Of a stretch of DNA of 32,000 nt, positions 22,392 to 31,192 are shown in pieces. The stretch comes from Pyrodictium occultum. GTDB lineage: Archaea > Thermoproteota > Thermoprotei_A > Sulfolobales > Pyrodictiaceae. The notes below the pieces were generated by a model that made no database searches, was not told the origin of the DNA, and saw only the letters and a program-made list of their open reading frames with translations. Numbering within the stretch: the stretch's first letter is position 1; each line of letters opens with the position of its first letter. A program made the translations under genes and the position numbers. Location of the stretch: positions 630,001-662,000 of the forward strand of contig NZ_LNTB01000001.1 in assembly GCF_001462395.1 (NCBI RefSeq). Reading direction: 5' to 3'.

Positions 22392-23108
22392 CTAGGACGT
22401 TGTACAAGCTGCGCGGTAGGTTTCCAGCACCTGGCGCGGCGTGCTAGTGCCTATAATATCCGCGCCGGCTGTTATCATGGCTGCTGCCTGGAGGCCGCTC
22501 CTTATCCCTCCTGCAGCCTTGATTCCTACGCTGTTCCTCTTCCCCATGTTCCTCAACACCCGGTCTATTAGTGCGACGTCCTCCGGCAGGGTGGGGCGGG
22601 GGCCGTATCCGGTGCTCGTCTTTATGAAGGAGGGGCTTAGGCTGGCAACCAGCCTTACGACTTCCTCTACCTGGCTGGGCGTAAGTGCCGGCGCCTCTAT
22701 TATGACCTTGCACTTTACCTTAGCGTTTCTGCAGATCTCTATAGCCGCTTTTACCTCGTTAAGGTACTCTTCTCTGCGGCCGATTAGGTAGAGCTGTGTG
22801 TTGACAACATAGTCGATCTCATCTGCGCCCATAGCTATCGTGTCTTCGATCTCCTTTATCTTGGCCTCTATTGTGTGGTAGCCGAAGGGGAAGCCAACCA
22901 CTGCGCCGAGGCACCTGCTGGTTATGCCGCGGGCTTCGCGGAGCAGTGTAGGGCTGAGTATGAGGCAGCGTAGGCCCAGCTCCTCGAGCTCGTCTACAGC
23001 CCTTTCCAGCTCGCTCCTCCCGCTCCACGGCTTGAGGACTGCGTGGTCTATCCGTGCGGCCAGCTCGCCCGGGGCTAGGCTGCAGAACGCTCCCCTGCCC
23101 TCTCCCAT
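22392..23108 (-). CDS. deoC: Deoxyribose-phosphate aldolase
   Basis: IDHAVLKP.., Schiff-base lysine context FIKTSTGYG, and GIKAAGGIRS. 238 aa. Confidence 0.9.
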   Translation of the reverse strand: MGEGRGAFCSLAPGELAARIDHAVLKPWSGRSELERAVDELEELGLRCLILSPTLLREARGITSRCLGAVVGFPFGYHTIEAKIKEIEDTIAMGADEIDYVVNTQLYLIGRREEYLNEVKAAIEICRNAKVKCKVIIEAPALTPSQVEEVVRLVASLSPSFIKTSTGYGPRPTLPEDVALIDRVLRNMGKRNSVGIKAAGGIRSGLQAAAMITAGADIIGTSTPRQVLETYRAACTTS

Positions 23109-23124
23109 GACCCGCCCCTCGACG

Positions 23125-24294
23125 CTACTCTATCCAGTCGCCGGTCTCTATCTTCTCTGGCAGGTACTTGTCTGCCAGGAAGCGCAGCCCCTTACTGGTC
23201 ATGGCCTCTATTTCTAGCTTCGCCTTCTTCTCCAGGAATATGTCTATTTCTATCTGCCACTTCTTAGTCTGGAACCACTTGTAGTTGCGCAGCTCATAAG
23301 CCCTCTTTATGTCCGCCTCCTTGGCCTTGATTATATAGTTGCGGCGCTCCTGCTCTGTCAGGTAGGGCTTCTTCTTCCCGTAGCCGAATATGTCTGTCAT
23401 GCTTACGCCTATGAACCTGGCCTGGGGCGTGGCCAGCCTCTCACTCTCGTAGCTCAGTGTTATCGAGCCTATCTTGAAGACGCTGTAGATATACCATCCG
23501 TAGGGATCGGCGTCGGTCAGTATGTAGACTGGTAGGCCCAGCTCCTCGTTGAGTCTACGTACGAACCTCCTCGTAGCCCTGTCAGGCTGGCCAGCGCTTG
23601 TTACGAGTATAGCCTTATGCCTTCTCCAGAATCCTATCCGGTGCAGCTGCTGAAATACAGCGTCCTTCTCGACGACCAGCACGTACTCCGCGTCAACGTC
23701 TACGAACTCTATAAGGTCTGGAGTGGGCTCTATGGCGTAGGCTCCATGACCCATTTTGCTGAGGTCTATGACATCGTTGCCACTCCTTATCCTCATGTTG
23801 CCTACTACCTTGCCTTTCTCCTTGCTTAGTATCAGCATTTCCTCGCGCAGCAGCCCGGTGAACACCTCAACGTCTCTTATCACTGCGTCTGACTCGCGCT
23901 GCTCATCCCAGGTGTTCTCCTCGTGGCGGCGGCCACCCGGCTCCCGGTAGACTATGGTGTGCTTGCCTCGGTAGTAAAGGTCACGGATTGTCGGGTACTC
24001 GTCCCTCTCCAGCGCCTCGTATATTATCCTAGCCATGAGCAGCGTTTGCATGAACTTCTTTGACTCGTTGAGGTCGAAGAAGCTTCTCCTCAGTTTCTCC
24101 GGGCCCAGGAGCAGTAGCTTCCTCCTCTCATCGTATATGGTGTTGGAGAGTGTCCTCTTAGGCAGCATTAGTGTCGGGTTCTCGCTCCTCTTTATCTGCT
24201 CGAATATCTCGCGGAAGCGCTCCCGGAACACCTGGAGAGCTTTCTTCCTAGCCTCCATGTCAGCCTTGTCCATGTATTTCTCGGTCCCCGTCAT
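23125..24294 (-). CDS. top6A: DNA topoisomerase VI subunit A (Spo11-like)
   Basis: Catalytic Tyr region TIRDLYYRGKH. Toprim motifs LVVEKDAVF and LTDADPYGW. 389 aa. Confidence 0.95.
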   Translation of the reverse strand: MTGTEKYMDKADMEARKKALQVFRERFREIFEQIKRSENPTLMLPKRTLSNTIYDERRKLLLLGPEKLRRSFFDLNESKKFMQTLLMARIIYEALERDEYPTIRDLYYRGKHTIVYREPGGRRHEENTWDEQRESDAVIRDVEVFTGLLREEMLILSKEKGKVVGNMRIRSGNDVIDLSKMGHGAYAIEPTPDLIEFVDVDAEYVLVVEKDAVFQQLHRIGFWRRHKAILVTSAGQPDRATRRFVRRLNEELGLPVYILTDADPYGWYIYSVFKIGSITLSYESERLATPQARFIGVSMTDIFGYGKKKPYLTEQERRNYIIKAKEADIKRAYELRNYKWFQTKKWQIEIDIFLEKKAKLEIEAMTSKGLRFLADKYLPEKIETGDWIE

Positions 24295-24313
24295 AGGTCC
24301 TGCTCACCTCCTC

Positions 24314-25918
24314 TTACTCCTCTATGTTAACCTCTAGCCCCTTTACTAGTCTCGCGAACTTCTCGTCCTCTATCTTGAGCCTCCTCTTCATAGCCGATAG
24401 AAGCATTTCCCTAACATCTTTCTCGCCGACATTATAGTCCTTGAGTATTGTGGCCAGGCTTTTCGCCACCTCAGGCGTATACTTCATGAAGGTTACTACG
24501 CGCTTCTTAGCCTCTTCCTCTCTCTTCTTCTGGAGCAGGTACTCCCGCAGCCTTCTGGCTGCCTCGCGGAGAGCGTTGCGCAGCTCGTGCTCTATCTCCG
24601 GCACGTCTGCAACGCTCTCCTTACCCACGCCCTTATATGGCACCTTGGTGCTTGCTATGTGGGTTAGCACCGCCACTGGAGCCGGGAATACCACGAGATA
24701 GTTGCGCCAGTCGAAGTTCCTAGGATCAACTACTTTCCATGCCACATCGGACTTCTCGTCATAGAGCAGGGGTATCTTGTTGGCGTAGCGAAGGAGTATG
24801 GGCTCATTAGATGGCGGTATCTCTCCTCCGTAGGCTATGCCTACTTCCACTATGAAGGGGTGTCCTTCGTACGCCTTAGGCCTCCGGGTGACCGCTGCGA
24901 CGAACTCCGGCTTCAATATGGTCTTCAGTCCCGCCTCAATTATCTCGGGTCCTAGAGGTGAGAGGGCGTCGGCGCTTGGCGGCCTAAAGCGCGGGTATTC
25001 ACGCAGCTTCCTCGAGAGTCTCTCAAGCTTCTTATCATCTAGCTTATGGGGATCCAGGTCTTTGTCGTAGCCCGCCCATTCTAGGAAGGCTTCGGCAGTT
25101 TTCCTGCCGACACCCTGGAAGGACTCCACTAGGAGCTCCAGGAGTGTCCTAGCGTTGGACTTTCTTATTAGCTGCTTGAGCAGCTCTATATCAACACCGT
25201 GTGGGTGGGGCTTCACTTCGTGAGGCTGCCTTGGAAGCTTCTGGATAGTACGGCGATACACGGTCACGTTGCCGTCAGGGTCTATGAATGTTATGTTAGC
25301 ATATGGCGCTGCTATAGCAGTTCTCCTAATGTACTCATGTATCCTCTGCCGGGCCCTGGGCCAGTCGCCCTCAACTACCACGCTTACCCGTGTCCCATGC
25401 CAGCCGCTGGGGTTGGGGTACTCGCCCCGGGCAAGCACTATGGGCTTATTCCTCTCTATGTCTATCTTCAATCTGAAGAAGTATATCCTAGACGAGCCTA
25501 TGGGCGCTGTGTACACCTCAACCGGCTCTCCGGTCTTTATCTGGCCGTAGAGTATTGCGATCTTTGCGCCAAGTCCGAAGCGTCCTCGGGCCTGCCGTAG
25601 CCTATACTTGGAGCTGTAGAGTACCTGGCCGAAGGCGTAGGGTACATGCTGGGGCTGTATGCCTATCCCATTATCCTCCACGGTTACACGGTAGTAGGTT
25701 GAGTGGGTGGGCACTTGCTCGATGATAAGTGTGATCTCGGGCAGTATGCCGTGGACGTCAGTAGCGTCTAGGGCGTTTTCGACAAGCTCCCTCACAGTCT
25801 GGTATAGGGCCCTGGAGGGGCTGCCGAATCCGGCGACCTCCCTGTACTCATAGAAGAACTGGGATGGCGTCATGCTGCGGAAACTCTCTCTCTGCACTAC
25901 CTGCTGCCTCTTAGACAT
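24314..25918 (-). CDS. top6B: DNA topoisomerase VI subunit B (GHKL ATPase)
   Basis: Bergerat-fold motifs ELVENALDA, DNGIGI and GRFGLGAK. 534 aa. A GGAGGTGA sits 19 nt upstream of the top6A start in the gap. Confidence 0.95.
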   Translation of the reverse strand: MSKRQQVVQRESFRSMTPSQFFYEYREVAGFGSPSRALYQTVRELVENALDATDVHGILPEITLIIEQVPTHSTYYRVTVEDNGIGIQPQHVPYAFGQVLYSSKYRLRQARGRFGLGAKIAILYGQIKTGEPVEVYTAPIGSSRIYFFRLKIDIERNKPIVLARGEYPNPSGWHGTRVSVVVEGDWPRARQRIHEYIRRTAIAAPYANITFIDPDGNVTVYRRTIQKLPRQPHEVKPHPHGVDIELLKQLIRKSNARTLLELLVESFQGVGRKTAEAFLEWAGYDKDLDPHKLDDKKLERLSRKLREYPRFRPPSADALSPLGPEIIEAGLKTILKPEFVAAVTRRPKAYEGHPFIVEVGIAYGGEIPPSNEPILLRYANKIPLLYDEKSDVAWKVVDPRNFDWRNYLVVFPAPVAVLTHIASTKVPYKGVGKESVADVPEIEHELRNALREAARRLREYLLQKKREEEAKKRVVTFMKYTPEVAKSLATILKDYNVGEKDVREMLLSAMKRRLKIEDEKFARLVKGLEVNIEE

Positions 25919-26054
25919 AACCTGAACCCTCGTCTACTTGAAGCAGAGAGGCCTTAAATAGCTGGCCCGAAACTGTTTTCTGGCTTAAAAGCATTTCCAC
26001 CAATAAATGCTGACCATAACCTCCCCCATGCATCCAGTAGACCTGGAGGAGAAC

Positions 26055-26459
26055 ATGAGAGCAATATCCCCCATACTATCGGCCGTAATACTACTGCTAG
26101 CCACACTTGCAGCCGGCGCCATAATGTACCACTACTTCATCAACACCGTACAAGTAATGACGAAAAAGCCGATAGTATACGGCTACAACGCCGAATACAT
26201 GGCAGACCTAGGTGTGATATACGTTACCATCGATAACAGCGGCTCACAGCCCGTGACCCTCCTTAACGCAACGCTGTTCTGCGACGACGCCAACAACAAG
26301 CAAGTAGGAGTAACGCTCAACGGGCCTACAATAAAGGCAGGAGAGACACGGACCGTTGAGATATCAAGCCAGTGCAAGAGCCCCCGTGTCTTAATAATAA
26401 GCTACAAAGCCGGAGATAAGATATACACAACAGACCCTATAAGAATATCGGTGTCCTAG
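26055..26459 (+). CDS. Archaeal type IV pilin-like protein with a class III signal peptide
   Basis: MRAISPILSAVILLLATLAAGAIMY.. has a short charged leader, then a hydrophobic helix (archaeal Pilin_N pattern R-A-x-S-P-[IV]). The beta-rich C-terminal domain reads (VTIDNSGSQPVTLLNATL..). The ATG at 26055 is preceded by GGAGG. The track start at 26007 adds 16 unlikely residues. Confidence 0.7.
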   Translation: MRAISPILSAVILLLATLAAGAIMYHYFINTVQVMTKKPIVYGYNAEYMADLGVIYVTIDNSGSQPVTLLNATLFCDDANNKQVGVTLNGPTIKAGETRTVEISSQCKSPRVLIISYKAGDKIYTTDPIRISVS

Positions 26460-26471
26460 ACCGATTCTATC

Positions 26472-26477
26472 TTTTTT
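26472..26477 (+). terminator. T-tract (tttttt) 13 nt after the pilin stop, followed by the AT-rich tttatataa at 26481-26489
   Basis: Oligo-T runs are the usual archaeal termination signal. The adjacent TATA-like element suggests that the pilin and the ATPase/membrane genes are separate transcription units. Confidence 0.4.
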
Positions 26478-26568
26478 CTATTTATATAAGCTATTAGCAT
26501 TACTATGCTTTGGAAGTTTATCAATACTTATTTGGGCTCTACCAGGCTCTGGGGAGGGTCCTAAAGTT

Positions 26569-28122
26569 ATGCCCAGACTCCAGAAGGCTCTATCTAAGAG
26601 AAGGGCTGACATAGACGATGTACTCATTGAGCTGATAAGACCGGTTGCCTGCACCGAGGCTTTCAGGAAGAAGGCTATTGAGTATACTGTGGCAGGCGTA
26701 GTGGATGTAGGTATAGGCGTAACCACCAATAACGAGGTCGTCTACTGCGTCAACGAGCCCCAGGTAGGCGGGGCCGAGCTTCTCGAGACAGCAGCTCTCG
26801 TCATCGAGGGTGTCATAGCTGAGGGCTTGAAGGGCCTGCCCTCAAAGCGTGAGGAGCTGAAAAAATTTGCCGAAAAATATGCAATAGATTATGACTTTCT
26901 CAAGTCAAATTACACCGTAATGAGCTATCTTATAGCTAAGGGGCTTAGCGGCTATGGCCCTCTTTACCCGCTACTAGAGGATCCCAGGATAGAGGAAATC
27001 GCTGTCAACAGTCCCGGCAAGCCAGCATATATTGTGCACCGAGATATACCGGTAGGATGGATCAAGACTAACATAACCCTGCGCCAGGATGTTCTTGATA
27101 GTCTCATAATACAGCTCTCACGGAGGAGCGGTAGAGACGTGAGCCTCGCACACCCCTATCTAGAGGCCCTGCTACCCGAAGGTCATAGAGTGGCTGCAAC
27201 CTTTTCCAATGAGATTAGCAGATTTGGCTCGTCAATCGTGATTAGGAAGCACCGCATGGAGCCGCTCTCCATGGCGTCTCTCATAGCAAATAACACTGTC
27301 TCGCCACTCGCCGCCGCCTACCTCTGGCTCCTCATGGAGTATAGGCCCGCTATACTAATAGTAGGCCCGACTGCATCGGGTAAGACGACCTTTCTGCAGG
27401 CTCTGCTCTCGCTAATACCGCCTTACTCGAGGATAGTGACTATAGAGGACACGCCGGAGCTGAATCTCCCCTACGAGCAGTGGGACAGCCTTGTTACACG
27501 ATACACCTATAACGACTACGAGGGCGAGGATATTGACGTGTATAAGCTGGCAAAGTTCGCGCTACGTCGAAGGCCAGACTATTTCGTTATAGGCGAGATC
27601 AGGGGCGAGGAGGCGCGGGTTTTCATACACGCCGCTGGAAGCGGGCATGCTGCTCTAGCTACATTCCACGCAGATTCTCCGGAGTCCGCTCTCCAGAGGC
27701 TGAGGAGCAGACCGATAAGCCTGGGCGACAGCTTCCTCCAGCTTATATGGCTCATCATAGTGCTGCGCAGAGTCCGCAATGCTGAAGGCTTAGAGTTGAG
27801 AAGGGTTGTTGAGATAGTGGAGGTTGTACCACGGGGCGGCAGCGTTACATTCAACGTCGTCTTCAAGTGGAGTCCGCGGGAAGACCTGCTTCTCCCAACC
27901 GATGTAGACACGGTAATAGACTCTAGCTACCGGCTGAAATACATTATGGATGTCTATGGGCTCAGCAGGAGCGATATAAGGGAGAAGCTTACGAGGCTTG
28001 AATCACTGCTACGGTCTTGCATCACCTGCGATTTTAGATCACTAAGGGCCATGGTTGACGAGTACTATCGTTGGGCTCTGCTCAGCGTCCTCGACCGCCT
28101 TAAAGAGGGAGGAAGGGTTTGA
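26569..28122 (+). CDS. Type II/IV secretion family ATPase (FlaI/PilB/VirB11-like pilus assembly ATPase)
   Basis: Walker A IVGPTASGKTT, Asp box IVTIEDTPEL, Walker B/His box PDYFVIGEIRGEE..AAGSGHAALATFHA. 517 aa. Confidence 0.9.
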   Translation: MPRLQKALSKRRADIDDVLIELIRPVACTEAFRKKAIEYTVAGVVDVGIGVTTNNEVVYCVNEPQVGGAELLETAALVIEGVIAEGLKGLPSKREELKKFAEKYAIDYDFLKSNYTVMSYLIAKGLSGYGPLYPLLEDPRIEEIAVNSPGKPAYIVHRDIPVGWIKTNITLRQDVLDSLIIQLSRRSGRDVSLAHPYLEALLPEGHRVAATFSNEISRFGSSIVIRKHRMEPLSMASLIANNTVSPLAAAYLWLLMEYRPAILIVGPTASGKTTFLQALLSLIPPYSRIVTIEDTPELNLPYEQWDSLVTRYTYNDYEGEDIDVYKLAKFALRRRPDYFVIGEIRGEEARVFIHAAGSGHAALATFHADSPESALQRLRSRPISLGDSFLQLIWLIIVLRRVRNAEGLELRRVVEIVEVVPRGGSVTFNVVFKWSPREDLLLPTDVDTVIDSSYRLKYIMDVYGLSRSDIREKLTRLESLLRSCITCDFRSLRAMVDEYYRWALLSVLDRLKEGGRV

Positions 28123-28126
28123 TACA

Positions 28127-29443
28127 ATGCCTCCCAGAGATGGGAGAATCCGGGTCGACTATGAGAGGCTGGCAGCGGAGCTTCCGCTGCTCATGCTCTA
28201 TTCTCTCTCCTATGCGGGGGGTAACAGGGCGCCTCACGAGGCTCTGAACGATATCAACCGGGATGAAGGCTTTAGAACGGTGCTAAGGGAGTCGGCTAAA
28301 ATCGCTAGTCTTTACCAAATGCTCGTAAAGAAATACGGCAATACCCTCCTGGCGCTCGAAAAGGTGGCTGAGAGAGTAGCCAGCCCGACCCTCTCAAGGA
28401 TTATAAGATCCTACATAGCTTCCTATATCCTAAGAGGCAACCCCCTTGATACGCTTCATCAGCTGGCTGTGATGGCTGTGGATGCCTTCGAGCAGAGGCT
28501 CAGGGAGAAGGTAGGGACTCTTATCCAGGGTGTAGAGCTGATAGCTACAGCCACCGTCATGGTGCTCTTGACGGTGGTCTTGTCTTCATCTATATCAGCT
28601 AACTACGCTGCAGCATATATGGCCGCGGTAGTGGTAGCTGCTATGTCATTTGCCATAGCCCTTACCACGAGGGTGAGGATTCTCTCCGTCATGTTGCCTC
28701 GACGAATAAGCCCTATGATAGATGCCGTACTGCTGGTCCTATCTGTAGCCTCCCTCCTACTGCTGGTTAAAGGCAGCCCGCTCTACGCAACTATGCTCGC
28801 CATCACAGCGCTTCCCATCCATGTATACAGCCTGGTGAGAATTAAGGGGGATCTTACTAAACTATCGAAACTCATATACGCCGTGCATGTAGTCACTGAG
28901 GGGCTTACGTTAAGGCTCTCCAATATTGACACGATTGTAGCCATGGTGAAGGGCGACGGCACCGAGTCCCCCCTAATATACGCTCTTAGGACTGGAAGAG
29001 CCGTACCGGGTAACGCGGAGAAGTGGCATCTAGCCTACCTGCTGTCCAAGGTAATAGCTTCCGTGGTAAGGAGTGGCAGTAATGCTGCCAAGGTGTCGCG
29101 CATCGCTAACGCGATACTGGAGTCACTGCATGAGAGCACTCGTATGGTGTTTAACAAGGCTCTTGTCGTTAACGTGCTACTGGCCAGTGTCGTCCTAGTA
29201 ATAGCTGCCTCGACTGTGTATATCTCGAAGGTATTTGGCAGCAGGTTTGAAGCCAGCTATGCACCCTTCGCCACAGCCCCTATACCGGCGTCGATCGATA
29301 GTACCCTGGCGGTGAAATCTATAGCCATAGCGGGGGTTGGAGCCAGCTTCGCTATAGCATACGCGGTATGGGGGGCACTGGCCTATAACATCGCTGCACC
29401 GCTTATAATAGTTGGCGGCGCGCTACTCCTCATGCTCTCCTAG
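28127..29443 (+). CDS. TadC/FlaJ-type (T2SS-F-like) polytopic membrane platform protein
   Basis: The ATG at 28127 is 4 nt after the ATPase stop. Two soluble helical domains, each followed by TM clusters, give the architecture of archaeal pilus/archaellum platform proteins. The sequence family is not recognisable by eye beyond this architecture. Confidence 0.7.
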   Translation: MPPRDGRIRVDYERLAAELPLLMLYSLSYAGGNRAPHEALNDINRDEGFRTVLRESAKIASLYQMLVKKYGNTLLALEKVAERVASPTLSRIIRSYIASYILRGNPLDTLHQLAVMAVDAFEQRLREKVGTLIQGVELIATATVMVLLTVVLSSSISANYAAAYMAAVVVAAMSFAIALTTRVRILSVMLPRRISPMIDAVLLVLSVASLLLLVKGSPLYATMLAITALPIHVYSLVRIKGDLTKLSKLIYAVHVVTEGLTLRLSNIDTIVAMVKGDGTESPLIYALRTGRAVPGNAEKWHLAYLLSKVIASVVRSGSNAAKVSRIANAILESLHESTRMVFNKALVVNVLLASVVLVIAASTVYISKVFGSRFEASYAPFATAPIPASIDSTLAVKSIAIAGVGASFAIAYAVWGALAYNIAAPLIIVGGALLLMLS

Positions 29444-29464
29444 GAGCAGGGTGCTAGAGAGGCT

Positions 29465-30547
29465 TTATCCTCCACGGAGTACACGTGCTATATTCTCACG
29501 GTAGGGTGGCGTGATTATCCCCTTCTCCGTCACTATGGCCGTCACAAGCTCTGGCGGGGTTATGTCAAACGCGGGGTTGTAGACCTCCACATCCTTAACT
29601 GTTATCAGTACTTTACCGAGCACTGTCCTCACCTCGTCCGGGTCGCGCTCCTCTATAGGTATGTTGTCGCCCTCTATGCTGAGGTCAAAGGTGGAGGAGG
29701 GGGCTGCAACGTAGAATGGGATGCGGTGCCTGTAGGCTAGGGCGGCTATCATGTATGTCCCAATCTTGTTGGCCACATAGCCATCGGCCGTGATCCTGTC
29801 GGCTCCAACAATCACCTTATCCACGAGGCCCCGGTACATTACATAGCCGACCATGTTATCGGTTATGAGCCTAACCTCTATTCCCTCCTTCATAAGCTCC
29901 CATACCGTGAGCCTTGCACCCTGGAGCAGCGGCCTAGTCTCCGTCGCTATCACTCTTATCCTCTTCCCCTCCTCCACAGCCGCCCTCATTATACCCTCGG
30001 CGGTTCCGTAGCCTGCTGTAGCGAGGGCCCCAGCGTTACAGTGTGTAAGGATTGTATCGCCGTCATCGATAAGCTTAGCCCCTATACGGCCTAGCTCCAT
30101 ATTAGTCCTGATATCCTCTATGTGTATCTTCTTGGCCTCATCGATAACTGTCCTGATAATTCCATCCACATCCTCACCTTTCTCCAGGCTAGCCCTCGCC
30201 CTATTCATGACACGGCGTAGAGCCCAGAAGAGGTTGTATGCGGTAGGCCTGGTTGAGGCTAGCAGCTTCTCAGCCTCCTGGAGCACTCTCCAGAGGGCGC
30301 CCGGCTCTCTGGCGCCGGAGTAGAATGCCGCCAGCGCTAAGCCATATGCAGCAGCGACGCCTATCGCAGGGGCACCCCTGATCTCCATAGCTTTTATGGC
30401 CTCAGCGACCCGGCGGTAGTCACGGGTCTCTCTATAGACCTCCTCCCACGGTAGAAGCCTGGTATCAAGCCATCTAAGCCTAGGGCCCTCAGGATCATCC
30501 TCAACCCACTCGAGAGGCCTTATCCTGAGCTTTTCGAGAATCTCCAA
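29465..30547 (-). CDS. mtnA: S-methyl-5-thioribose-1-phosphate isomerase (eIF-2B alpha/beta/delta-like family)
   Basis: LRWLDTRLLPWEE.Y...DYRRVAEAIKAMEIRGAPAIGVAAAYGLALAA plus C-terminal NPAFDITPPELVTAIVTEKG. TTG start, with a TATA-like ctataaaag at 30591-30599 shared with the divergent gene. Confidence 0.85.
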   Translation of the reverse strand: MEILEKLRIRPLEWVEDDPEGPRLRWLDTRLLPWEEVYRETRDYRRVAEAIKAMEIRGAPAIGVAAAYGLALAAFYSGAREPGALWRVLQEAEKLLASTRPTAYNLFWALRRVMNRARASLEKGEDVDGIIRTVIDEAKKIHIEDIRTNMELGRIGAKLIDDGDTILTHCNAGALATAGYGTAEGIMRAAVEEGKRIRVIATETRPLLQGARLTVWELMKEGIEVRLITDNMVGYVMYRGLVDKVIVGADRITADGYVANKIGTYMIAALAYRHRIPFYVAAPSSTFDLSIEGDNIPIEERDPDEVRTVLGKVLITVKDVEVYNPAFDITPPELVTAIVTEKGIITPPYRENIARVLRGG

Positions 30548-30655
30548 GATGCATCAACCGGTTATGAGGCAGAGCACACCTATAATCGGCTATAAAAGGC
30601 TTGGCGAAAGCCCAAGGCCCGGGAGTCCCAGCTGGAGAGCAGTGAGGGTGCAGGA

Positions 30656-31186
30656 TTGACCATAGAAATAATAGTTGAGGATCCGGAGGCCCTGGAGCTG
30701 CGGATAGTAAGGGGCGTCGAAGAGGCTCTACGCTACCTACCACGCAGCAGCGCTGAAAGCGTGCATCCGCTCGAAGCACTCTACCTCGTATACAATGGCG
30801 TAGCGACAGTCACTGACAGGAGGGGGAAGAGGTATAGCTTCGAGAACCTCGTAAGGCTCTACAGCCTTAGGAACCCGTACGCCTGGGTAGAGTTCGAAGT
30901 CTACCTGGACCTGAGGAAAAGGGGGCGCCTACCCGTCCCCGGGCCTCGGCCTCACTCCCTGCTCCTCAAGAAGAGGAAGAAGGAGCCCAAGTTCACACAC
31001 TACATACTAGTCCTCGAGGAGAGCAGGCCGGTGAAGCTGGACACCCTGTACTCTTTCGTCGAAGAGGCTTCGAAGAACAACTGGGAGCCACTACTAGCTA
31101 TCGTAGACCGCTATGGCGACATAACATATTATACAGCATTAGTCTTCAGACCGGGCCTCACAAGGCTGCCCAAGGAGGGCGGGTAG
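30656..31186 (+). CDS. tRNA-splicing endonuclease subunit (EndA family). Catalytic versus structural subunit not resolved.
   Basis: PLEALYLVYNG...FEVYLDLRKRG...THYILVLEES...ASKNNWEPLLAIVDRYGDITYY follows the EndA C-terminal domain pattern. The G-x-K-F-G-x-D-F segment is absent, which suggests the non-catalytic crenarchaeal partner. TTG start. Confidence 0.6.
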   Translation: MTIEIIVEDPEALELRIVRGVEEALRYLPRSSAESVHPLEALYLVYNGVATVTDRRGKRYSFENLVRLYSLRNPYAWVEFEVYLDLRKRGRLPVPGPRPHSLLLKKRKKEPKFTHYILVLEESRPVKLDTLYSFVEEASKNNWEPLLAIVDRYGDITYYTALVFRPGLTRLPKEGG

Positions 31187-31192
31187 CAAGCC

